DNA of 24,000 nucleotides from Magnetococcus sp. YQC-5. Lineage in GTDB: Bacteria; Pseudomonadota; Magnetococcia; Magnetococcales; Magnetaquicoccaceae. The DNA is taken from contig JAMOBH010000022.1 of assembly GCA_039908085.1 (NCBI GenBank), positions 1 to 24,000 of the forward strand, in the 5' to 3' direction. The position numbers and the translations under genes were made by a program. This document shows positions 15,071 to 22,379 of the stretch, piece by piece. The notes beneath the pieces are model-generated. The model did not search any database and had not been told where the DNA came from. It saw nothing but the letters and a program-made list of their open reading frames with translations. Every line of letters starts with the position of its first letter. Within the stretch, counting starts at the first letter, position 1.

Positions 15071-15225
15071 AAAAGTCAACAGCAAAACCCTGGGGGATGA
15101 ATCCCCCAGACCCCCTCTTTTTTTTTAATATTTAAAAACAAAAAATTAAAAAATTAAAAAATTAAAAAATTAAAAAAAAAGGGTGGGGGGTATTGGGGGG
15201 CGGTTCACCGCCCCCCAAGGTCTTG
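15071..15225 (+). repeat. Palindromic intergenic element, copy 7 (full, expanded A/T core)
   Basis: The left hairpin is CTGGGGGATGAATCCCCCAG (15090-15109), followed by ACCCCCTC-T9. The core contains 4 perfect tandem AAAAAATT units (15140-15171) followed by A9. Then come GGGTGGGGGGTATT, the right hairpin (15195-15216) and AAGGTCTTG. Confidence 0.95.
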
Positions 15226-15235
15226 ATCAAACACT

Positions 15236-15643
15236 TCACCCGCCAAAGATCAATCCGCGCAACGTTTTGAGGGGATGGTGTAAAATGTCGTCCAGCAGTG
15301 TGCGATTCAAGAGTCTGTATTCAATCAACGTCAGAAGAAAAATGAGGTCTTTGCTCTCCTGTTTGAGATTTTCCAGCAACAGGTCTGCCTCGACAAATTT
15401 ATTTTGTCCAAACAACGCCACCATGGATTCCGCAGAGAGATGAAAGGCGCGGTGTTGTTTTTCCAACTGGGCCATCTCTGGAAATTCGCCATATTTTTTG
15501 TGACCAACCGTATACAGCCATCTGCCCAATTCGCAGGTGTCATGCGTATGCAGAATCAAATCGGTTCGGCCTTTCAAAATGGTGGCTTCGAGTGTCAATA
15601 CCCACTGGAGGTGAACCAAGCGAGCCACGGAAAGGTCAATCAT
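15236..15643 (-). CDS. Stand-alone CZB (chemoreceptor zinc-binding) domain protein
   Basis: The CZB motif is HLQW...CELGRWLY...HRAFH in a 135-aa protein. A strong SD (AAGGAGA) lies 5 nt upstream of ATG 15643. Confidence 0.8.
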   Translation of the reverse strand: MIDLSVARLVHLQWVLTLEATILKGRTDLILHTHDTCELGRWLYTVGHKKYGEFPEMAQLEKQHRAFHLSAESMVALFGQNKFVEADLLLENLKQESKDLIFLLTLIEYRLLNRTLLDDILHHPLKTLRGLIFGG

Positions 15644-15901
15644 GGGGTCTCCTTTTTACAGTCGTGTCAGGGGGAGGTCTGTCATTATTCCAATGATGCC
15701 GTATTGCATGTGCATTGGGGAGATGCCAAACCATACCACACTCCATGGAGTGATGAAAACTGTGGCCGTCGTGAGAGTAACAAAAAATGCTGTTGCAAAA
15801 AAAATCCTATACCTTTAAATACAACGTCATGTAAACTCTACACAAAACTTTGACAAAGTCTGTGTCTAACAACTAACATAACAGATCATAACAGGAAAAA
15901 A

Positions 15902-16546
15902 ATGAACGAAATCGATCAAAACCAACAACTTGCACAATCCATTCAAGCTTTGACCAATGCCCTGGCTGCCAGCGAACGACGCATCCAAGGCATGGAACGT
16001 CTCTTTCGCCGTCTGGGAATGGTGGTGGTACTCCTGATGGCCATGGTCCTGCTGCCCGGACTCGACGCCATGTTCGGAACAGCCAGGGCCTCCAATCCGT
16101 TTTTGCAGGGGTTGGGTTTCAGTGAGCAGGATTTGACTCATTTCAGTTCGATTCTCGCCAATCTTGACGCCGTGTTGACCATGACCAACCAGGCTGCCAA
16201 CACGCCGGAGGTCAAGCAGGCTGTTGCCGACATCTTCGTGTTGACAGGTCGACTCAAACAGGATTCCGATGTGTTGCGCAGGGGCATGGTGCAAGCCTCC
16301 CTTGCCCCGGATGCCTTTGCCGCGCTGCAAAAAGATCAAAAAGCTTATGATCAGGCCATCAACCAGGCATCACCTTCGCAGGCTCTGTTCAGTCTCCAGC
16401 AAGGAATTCATCGGATCCAGCAAGGCATTCAGCAAGAGGTTCGTTTTCTCAATGGCAACATCCAGGCCATGGTCATGGCCATCGATTCCACCATGGGGCG
16501 TTTCGGACGGATGATGTCTCCCATGCCCATGCCGTTTGGATACTAA
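15902..16546 (+). CDS. Hypothetical membrane-anchored/secreted protein (214 aa)
   Basis: The ATG has AGGA 6-9 nt upstream. There is a single hydrophobic segment (LGMVVVLLMAMVLLPGL), and the remainder is Gln-rich and helical. I recognise no family. Confidence 0.6.
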   Translation: MNEIDQNQQLAQSIQALTNALAASERRIQGMERLFRRLGMVVVLLMAMVLLPGLDAMFGTARASNPFLQGLGFSEQDLTHFSSILANLDAVLTMTNQAANTPEVKQAVADIFVLTGRLKQDSDVLRRGMVQASLAPDAFAALQKDQKAYDQAINQASPSQALFSLQQGIHRIQQGIQQEVRFLNGNIQAMVMAIDSTMGRFGRMMSPMPMPFGY

Positions 16547-16599
16547 AACCCTCGATGATCTTGGGATGGTTGGTTTAGTGGCTCTTGTCCCAAAATCCA

Positions 16600-16620
16600 C
16601 CAGGGGGATCATCCCCCTGG
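16600..16620 (+). other. Solo GC hairpin related to the element left-arm hairpin
   Basis: CCAGGGGGATCATCCCCCTGG is a near-perfect palindrome. Compare CTGGGGGATGAATCCCCCAG in the elements. It lies 54 nt downstream of the 15902..16546 stop and has no adjacent T-run. Confidence 0.5.
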
Positions 16621-16708
16621 CTCCCTGATACGAGCAGGAAACTTCACATGCCATTGCTTTTCGACGCATCAAAGCAAAAATGGCGTTTAGAATGGGAAGC
16701 CAAAAAAG

Positions 16709-16990
16709 ATGCAACATGTCACACTTGATGATCATCCGCATGCGGATCGACTCAGCTTGGAACAACTGAAAGAACTGGGTTCTGGATGCGTGGCACCCGA
16801 CGAGGTGGCATCTTTGTATCATCAAGCCTTTCAGAAATTCGGCACCCAGTCACTTTGGAGTCGACAACCAAGCGAACAACCGACTATTGCCCAGGCATTG
16901 GTTGTTTCTGAGTGTCTGCGACGTGAGGGCAACCTGACAACCCGCTCTTTTGCAATACAGATCGAAGAGGCATGCCGTGCCGCTTTCTGA
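16709..16990 (+). CDS. Small hypothetical protein (93 aa), candidate partner/antitoxin of the downstream AbiEii-like gene
   Basis: This is an ATG ORF whose 3' end overlaps the downstream gene by 14 nt if that gene starts at GTG 16977. I recognise no motif, and it is much shorter than canonical AbiEi. Confidence 0.45.
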   Translation: MQHVTLDDHPHADRLSLEQLKELGSGCVAPDEVASLYHQAFQKFGTQSLWSRQPSEQPTIAQALVVSECLRREGNLTTRSFAIQIEEACRAAF

Positions 16991-17795
16991 ACTGCAAAGC
17001 GCGATTCTCGTGCTTTTGGCATCACATGGAAATCCAGAAAGCTATGTTGCCGGTGCAAGTGTATTGAATCGGTATGGCCCGCGTTTTTCTGATGATATTG
17101 ATATTTTTCACGATCAGGAGGAAAGTGTCGCCTCTGCCTCGGCACTTGATATCAAGTTATTGGTTGAAAAAGGTTTTACGATTTATTGGTTGCGGCGACA
17201 ACCAGGTATTCATGCCGTCATTGTGCAGGGGCGGGGAGGTAGCACAAAACTGGAATGGGTACGTGACAGTGATTATAGATTTTTTCCAACGGTCGCTGAT
17301 GATTTTTTTGGTTATCGATTGCACGTGATTGATCTGGCCACCAACAAGGCTTTGGCGGCAGCAGGCAGGCGTGAACCGCGAGACATACTGGATCTCCTCT
17401 ACATTCATGAACAACACCTGCCGCTCGGCGCAGTGATTTGGGCAACGGTTGCCAAAGATCCAGGCTATTCACCAGAAAGCCTGATCACAGAAATCCGCCG
17501 CAACGCCCGCTATCGTGCAGATGATTACGCCGACTTGTCCCTGCTTGAACCGGTGGATGCCGCTGCCGTGTCGCAAGCCTTGCGGCTGGCCCTTGATGAA
17601 GCCGATTCGTTTGTGCGGGCCATGCCGGTTGGCAAAGAAGGGTTGTTGTTTTTGAAACACGGCATACCTGTACTGCCAGAACCAGAAAATCTGGCTGACT
17701 ATCAGGAGCATGCAGGACAGAGGCGCGGTTTGTGGCCGTCATCCTCGGAGATCTCGGCAGCCATGGTGGAATGGTATCGGACGTCGAAGCTGTGA
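16977..17795 (+). CDS. Nucleotidyltransferase of the AbiEii/AbiGii (DUF1814-like) toxin family
   Basis: SYVAGASVLNRYGPRFSDDIDIFHD resembles the G-x-x-L...R-x-S-x-D-I-D-x nucleotidyltransferase motif. NKALAAAGRREPRDILDLLYI resembles the conserved ...R..pRDlyDl... motif. The ORF track starts it at TTG 16950. I prefer GTG 16977, which has AAGAGG 6 nt upstream. Confidence 0.6.
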   Translation: MPLSELQSAILVLLASHGNPESYVAGASVLNRYGPRFSDDIDIFHDQEESVASASALDIKLLVEKGFTIYWLRRQPGIHAVIVQGRGGSTKLEWVRDSDYRFFPTVADDFFGYRLHVIDLATNKALAAAGRREPRDILDLLYIHEQHLPLGAVIWATVAKDPGYSPESLITEIRRNARYRADDYADLSLLEPVDAAAVSQALRLALDEADSFVRAMPVGKEGLLFLKHGIPVLPEPENLADYQEHAGQRRGLWPSSSEISAAMVEWYRTSKL

Positions 17796-17843
17796 TCGCT
17801 TGACCCGTTTGACCCGTTTGATGAAACAGGCGACCGGATTTCC

Positions 17844-18740
17844 TTAACTTGATTGATCCGATTTTTTTTCATCCACAACATCCTGCGTACAAGCAGGAGT
17901 CAAACGACGCGCCAGAGCCATCCTGTAAAGTTCGGTGGCGGGCAGTCCGGTTTGGGGAGCCAGATACCGGGTGGCATCCCGCATGCTCATGCCTCCGGCC
18001 AAGGCCGCATCCAGCATCTCGCCGGCCTGCTCCAACGACAGAGGCGTCCATGTTTTCCCCTCCAGAATGACCACAATCTCACCTCGTACCCGCTCCACCT
18101 GCAACCGCTCGGCTATTTCCAGCAACGTTCCTCGATACATGGTCTCAAACATTTTGGTCAATTCCCGCGCCACCACCACCGAGCGCATCCCGGCACCCGT
18201 CTCCACCAGATCAGCCAAGGTCGCTGACAATCGTTGCGGGGACTCGAAAAAAGCCACAGTCCGATCTTCTTGCACCATGGATTCCAAACGCCGACGTCGT
18301 TCCACTCCCTTGCGTGGCAAAAATCCCTCGAAGACAAATCGATCACAAACAAATCCACTCCCGGACAAGGCCGTCGTGATCGCCGATGCCCCAGGCAATG
18401 CCTCCACCTTGACCATCTCCGACGCAGCCCGGATCAAAGGCAATCCAGGATCGCTGATCCCAGGTGTCCCGGCATCAGAAACAAGTGCCATAACAACACC
18501 TTGTGCCAATTCATCCAACAATCCCGGCAGCAATCGCATGGCATTGTGATCATCAAAATGTGTCACAGGCGTCCGTACTCCATAATGATCACACAGTATC
18601 CGCGTGCGTCGGGTATCCTCGGCCAAAATGCGATCCACCTCATGGAGAAGACGAACTCCACGATAGGTCATATCTTCCAGGTTGCCGATCGGTGTCGGAA
18701 TGATGTATAATTTTCCAAGTGAAGTTGCATGCTCTTTCAT
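17844..18740 (-). CDS. rsmI: 16S rRNA (cytidine1402-2'-O)-methyltransferase RsmI
   Basis: GKLYIIPTPIGNLEDMTYRGVRLLHEVDRILAEDTRRT is the RsmI N-terminal signature. The start is placed at ATG 18740, which gives an N-terminal length like E. coli RsmI. The ORF extends to ATG 18779. Confidence 0.9.
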   Translation of the reverse strand: MKEHATSLGKLYIIPTPIGNLEDMTYRGVRLLHEVDRILAEDTRRTRILCDHYGVRTPVTHFDDHNAMRLLPGLLDELAQGVVMALVSDAGTPGISDPGLPLIRAASEMVKVEALPGASAITTALSGSGFVCDRFVFEGFLPRKGVERRRRLESMVQEDRTVAFFESPQRLSATLADLVETGAGMRSVVVARELTKMFETMYRGTLLEIAERLQVERVRGEIVVILEGKTWTPLSLEQAGEMLDAALAGGMSMRDATRYLAPQTGLPATELYRMALARRLTPACTQDVVDEKKSDQSS

Positions 18741-18755
18741 GGATTTTTTCTCACT

Positions 18756-20657
18756 ATGATGGCTTCGATCACGACTCATGGACCGTTTTCTTCAAGCTTG
18801 TGGCGTGTCCATTGGGCATCCCTCATGCTTTGCGTCTGCGCATTGGCCTGGATGCCTGCTCTGGCGGTCGCCGGGGACTCTACTGTCCCACACTCGCAAA
18901 AGACCGGCCATGACCAGAATTCCAATCAGATCGGCACGATCTCTCCTGCCCGGATCGTGCCCCTGGATCCATCGGATACACAATCCCCCTGGCAAAGCCT
19001 GATCAATGACTTTCTGCAAGATTCCAGGCACCATTCCTCCAGGAGCTACTTGCAACGAACACCTCCCACACCCTCGGCTCCTGATCAGATCCGTGAACTC
19101 TTTCTTGCATTGGCACCGTTGTCAAGGGATCAACTCAAAACCCTGCTCGACCGCCAACCCCCTTCTTCCGCACTGCTTCCATTCATCCATCTGGTGCTGG
19201 GTGATCGCGCCGCAGCCGATGGCGAAGAAAAAGAAGCCCATCTCCACTGGCAGAAAGCTTCCCTCTCCACCCTGGTCAATACCGAAGCCATGCTCCGTCT
19301 GGCCAATGACGCCAATCCCAAAGATTCCTTCGTGGCCGGTCTGATGATTCCATTAAGCGGTGCTTCAGCCTCCATGGGGACCAACCTCATCATGGCCGCC
19401 AGAAAAGCCCTGGCCGATTATCGCGATGTCAACATCCACCTCGAAGTCGCTGACAGCGGGGGGTCCGCTGCATCAGCCCAGGCCGCCGTGAAAAATCTCA
19501 TCGCACGCGGCAGCAAAATCATCATCGGTCCCATTTTTCACCCCGAAGCCATCGCCGCTGCCAAAACCGCCGCTGCCCATAACATCCCCATCATGCCCTT
19601 GAATCCCAGGCAGGAAATCCTCGCCGCTGGAGGGGCGGTCTATTTGAATGCCTTTCAACCCGACTCCCAGGCCCGGATCATGGCCCGCCATGCCTTCAAG
19701 GATGCCGGTTTGCGTCGTGTCGCCATCCTGGCCGCAGATACGGATTATGGCCAACTCCAGGCCCAAACCTTTATCGATGAATTCATGGCTCTGGGGGGCG
19801 AGATCACCCATTCCGTCCTCTTCCCGGAACAGGAGACCGATTTTTCCACAGCCATCAAGATGCTGGTGCATCTGGATCCGGATGCTGTCAAGGCCCGTTT
19901 GGCCGCTCCCAAAACCGGTGCCCTGGATCCCATGGATCGTCCAGCACCGCGCTCAGAAAAAAATCTGGAACCCCTGGTTGATTTCGAGGCCCTCTTTTTG
20001 CCCACTACAGCCAAACAGGCCAGACAAATCGCTTCACAAGCCTCCTTGTTCAATATTCGTTCACCTGGAATCGCCCTGTTGGGGGCTTCGCTCTGGAACC
20101 GTCCCGAACTCCTGGAAGAGACCGATTTTCTCCTGGGTGGAACCTTTTGCGATATCAACCAAACGGTCCGGGATCATTTCAATGCCATCTGTCAAAAAAT
20201 ACTCGGCGTGACCCCCATTCCCGCACTCTCCATGTTGACTTATGACAGCATCGTCATTCTTGCCCAACTGTTGCGTGATCAACGATTGGGCGGGGTCGAA
20301 TGGCATCAGGGCTTTACCAGATCCACAGGCTTTTATGGCAGTGCCGGACCTGTCCGTTTCTTGACCAACGGTGTTAGTGAACGTCTTTATCATCTTTATC
20401 AGATCGAGGAGAAAAGAACCGTGTTTCTCCCCGCACCACCGCAAAATGGTGCCCCTGATCCCAATCGTCGTCCATCCAGGGCAGATGCGCCAGATAATAA
20501 AACTGAGCAGGATGTCATTAAAAATGATTGGACCTCCCCTTCAACCCCGACTTCTGATAATACACAGCAGGATTCCATTCAAAATGATTGGACTCCGAAT
20601 TCAACCCCAGCGTCTGAAGATGATTCAGGCGTGGGAACTCCCGTTACTTCACAGTGA
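18756..20657 (+). CDS. lpoA: LpoA/LppC-like penicillin-binding-protein activator (type-1 periplasmic binding fold) with a repetitive C-terminal tail
   Basis: The PBP-type-1 region is GLMIPLSGASASMGTNLIMAARKALADY...GSKIIIGPIFHPEAIAAAKTAAAHNIPIMPLN. The divergent arrangement with rsmI matches the yraL/yraM synteny of gammaproteobacteria. The start is uncertain (ATG 18729, 18756, 18759 or 18825). Confidence 0.7.
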   Translation: MMASITTHGPFSSSLWRVHWASLMLCVCALAWMPALAVAGDSTVPHSQKTGHDQNSNQIGTISPARIVPLDPSDTQSPWQSLINDFLQDSRHHSSRSYLQRTPPTPSAPDQIRELFLALAPLSRDQLKTLLDRQPPSSALLPFIHLVLGDRAAADGEEKEAHLHWQKASLSTLVNTEAMLRLANDANPKDSFVAGLMIPLSGASASMGTNLIMAARKALADYRDVNIHLEVADSGGSAASAQAAVKNLIARGSKIIIGPIFHPEAIAAAKTAAAHNIPIMPLNPRQEILAAGGAVYLNAFQPDSQARIMARHAFKDAGLRRVAILAADTDYGQLQAQTFIDEFMALGGEITHSVLFPEQETDFSTAIKMLVHLDPDAVKARLAAPKTGALDPMDRPAPRSEKNLEPLVDFEALFLPTTAKQARQIASQASLFNIRSPGIALLGASLWNRPELLEETDFLLGGTFCDINQTVRDHFNAICQKILGVTPIPALSMLTYDSIVILAQLLRDQRLGGVEWHQGFTRSTGFYGSAGPVRFLTNGVSERLYHLYQIEEKRTVFLPAPPQNGAPDPNRRPSRADAPDNKTEQDVIKNDWTSPSTPTSDNTQQDSIQNDWTPNSTPASEDDSGVGTPVTSQ

Positions 20658-20686
20658 CCTTCAACCAGATCATGAGAGCAATCAGT

Positions 20687-20884
20687 ATGGCACAAACTTC
20701 TGTTGTTTCTTCCGCGAACAGTTCTTTCAAACCCAGTGCAACCGCGCCCAAATCGCAACTCGTCATGAATCGCTCTTCGGTTCAGCCATCGACCAAAACC
20801 GCAGCAGCGGCCAAACTCCCTGTGAAGGAAATCATGGAGCAGTCCACCAAACCAAGCAACAACCGGATCAGCGTTCAGGCGTGA
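20687..20884 (+). CDS. Possible small Ser/Thr/Ala/Lys-rich protein (65 aa), doubtful
   Basis: This is in-frame ATG 20687 within ORF 20654..20884, with GAGAG 8 nt upstream. The sequence is low-complexity, and a hairpin plus T-run follows at 20899-20938. I recognise no family. Confidence 0.25.
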   Translation: MAQTSVVSSANSSFKPSATAPKSQLVMNRSSVQPSTKTAAAAKLPVKEIMEQSTKPSNNRISVQA

Positions 20885-20898
20885 TCTGTTCATGGTGT

Positions 20899-20938
20899 CG
20901 GGGCGGTCAATCGCCCCTGAACCACTCACCTTTTTAAT
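20899..20938 (+). terminator. Diverged solo element arm acting as candidate terminator after lpoA
   Basis: GGGGCG-GTCAAT-CGCCCC (20900-20917) is followed by the 13-nt spacer TGAACCACTCACC and then TTTTTAAT. This layout matches the element arm GGGGGGCGG-TGAA-CCGCCCCCC, AACCCCCCCACCC, T9, AAT. Confidence 0.4.
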
Positions 20939-21005
20939 AGTCCAGGATGGATGGGTCATGCATGTGTTTTTTTTGTTTGCCAGGCGCGCTTGATTCCTTG
21001 ATCTC

Positions 21006-22379
21006 ATGGAAAATCCAGCCAATCCATTCAAAAACGCCAATATCTGCACCCATTGTGGATATTGTTTGCCGGTCTGTCCCACCTATCGCATCGATAACGA
21101 TGAAACCGAATCACCTCGCGGTCGTGTCGCCATTGTGTTGGCCTTGGCATCCGGGACACTCACCCCTGAAGAGGCTTCCATTGCCCTCTCCCGATGTCTG
21201 CTCTGTCGCGCCTGTCATACAGTCTGTCCAGCCGGGGTTCGACCCGCCAAATTGACCCTGTTGGCCCGCAATCTTACCCCACTGCAACCACTTCTTATCA
21301 TTCGATTGCTCCACTGGATTACTTCGAGTCATCGTCTGACAGCCATGGCAGCACGTTTGATTGCATTCTACCAAACGTCCGGTTTGCAACAATGGATCCG
21401 ACACCTTTGGATCCTGCCTCGTCTGCCGTATCTGGCCCGTCTGGAAGCCCTGCTGCCTGCATCACGTCCAAACGATCCCATTCCTGATTTTCAACGGTCA
21501 GTCTCACGCACAGATGATCCCACCTTGGCTGCAAATCCTGACATGCCACGTGTCGGCCTGCTTTGTGGCTGCATGGCGCGTCTGTTTTATCCGGGCGTAG
21601 CACCCTCCACAGCCAATCTGTTGACCCAAACCCAAACCCGTGTCACGCTTTTGCATGGATTCGGCTGTTGCGGTGCCCCGTTTCGGGAATCAGGCAACCG
21701 CAAAAAATTTCTGCATCAGGCCCGTCGGACCCTCGACGCCTTTATGGCCGCCTCTCCCCTGGATGCCGTGGTCTGCGATAGTGCCATTTGTCTGGTCACA
21801 GTCCAAAGTTACGCCCGTTCCCTGGCCGACGACCCCCACTATGCTGCCCCAGCCAGGGAGTTTTCAGAGAAGGTAATTGATTTCAACACCTTCTTGCTCA
21901 AACGACTCGCATTGCATCCCATACCCTTCGGTTTTCCTGGCCTGGATCATGTGGCTTATCATGACCATTGCCAAACCCGTTTTGGATTGGGTATAATTAA
22001 TGAACCACGAAAACTGCTCGATGCATTGCCCGTCAATCGTCGGGAAATCGTGCCTCCAGGAACAACAGCTGCCTGTTGTGGCGCAGGTGGAGATTATCTG
22101 TTGCGTGAACCCAAACGCAGTCAGGACGTGCGTACACATAAACTGCAAGCCATCGTCGCCTCTGGGGCAGATACCGTTGCAGCCAGCAATCCCGGATGCA
22201 TGTTGCACCTGGAAGCCGGATTGCGACAAACCGGCTCATCCATTCAAGTGCGTCATTTGGCTGAATTGCTTTGGACCGCTTTTCTCAGGTCTGCCACGAT
22301 CCATCAGACCAAACCGTCTGAGCCTTCAGATGACAGTTTTTGCTCTTCAACCACGATCAACCATGAAGGGATAAAATGA
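21006..22379 (+). CDS. glcF: GlcF-like (Fe-S)-binding oxidoreductase subunit (2x 4Fe-4S ferredoxin motifs + 2 CCG domains)
   Basis: The motifs are CTHCGYCLPVCPTY and CLLCRACHTVCPAG, then GFGCCGAPF and TAACCGAGGDY. No glcD or glcE lies adjacent in this window. Confidence 0.8.
   Translation: MENPANPFKNANICTHCGYCLPVCPTYRIDNDETESPRGRVAIVLALASGTLTPEEASIALSRCLLCRACHTVCPAGVRPAKLTLLARNLTPLQPLLIIRLLHWITSSHRLTAMAARLIAFYQTSGLQQWIRHLWILPRLPYLARLEALLPASRPNDPIPDFQRSVSRTDDPTLAANPDMPRVGLLCGCMARLFYPGVAPSTANLLTQTQTRVTLLHGFGCCGAPFRESGNRKKFLHQARRTLDAFMAASPLDAVVCDSAICLVTVQSYARSLADDPHYAAPAREFSEKVIDFNTFLLKRLALHPIPFGFPGLDHVAYHDHCQTRFGLGIINEPRKLLDALPVNRREIVPPGTTAACCGAGGDYLLREPKRSQDVRTHKLQAIVASGADTVAASNPGCMLHLEAGLRQTGSSIQVRHLAELLWTAFLRSATIHQTKPSEPSDDSFCSSTTINHEGIK

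Noticed and set aside
2779-15225. The possibility that the elements are integron attC sites flanking gene cassettes.
   Set aside because: The termini (CAAAACCYTGGGGG) do not fit the RYYYAAC/GTTRRRY cores. The flanked genes are in mixed orientations with their own promoters, and no intI is present.
15041-15235. A glycine riboswitch upstream of the AGCS symporter gene.
   Set aside because: The leader consists of element copy 7. No tandem aptamer-like conserved cores are visible, only a coincidental CACCG inside the element hairpin.
15183-15443. An 86-aa + strand ORF starting in the right arm of copy 7.
   Set aside because: It begins inside the repeat and is antisense to the well-supported CZB gene, which has a strong SD and a complete motif.
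17800-17821. The tandem 9-mer TTGACCCGT x2 (+TTGA) in the convergent gap between the AbiEii-like gene and rsmI.
   Set aside because: There are only two units and no associated structure or partner motif, so it is most simply a small slippage duplication.
20579-21082. A 167-aa minus-strand ORF bridging the lpoA 3' end and the glcF 5' end.
   Set aside because: It overlaps two well-supported + strand genes plus the hairpin/T-run at 20899-20938. It has no motif and an Arg/Gly/Cys-rich antisense-type composition.
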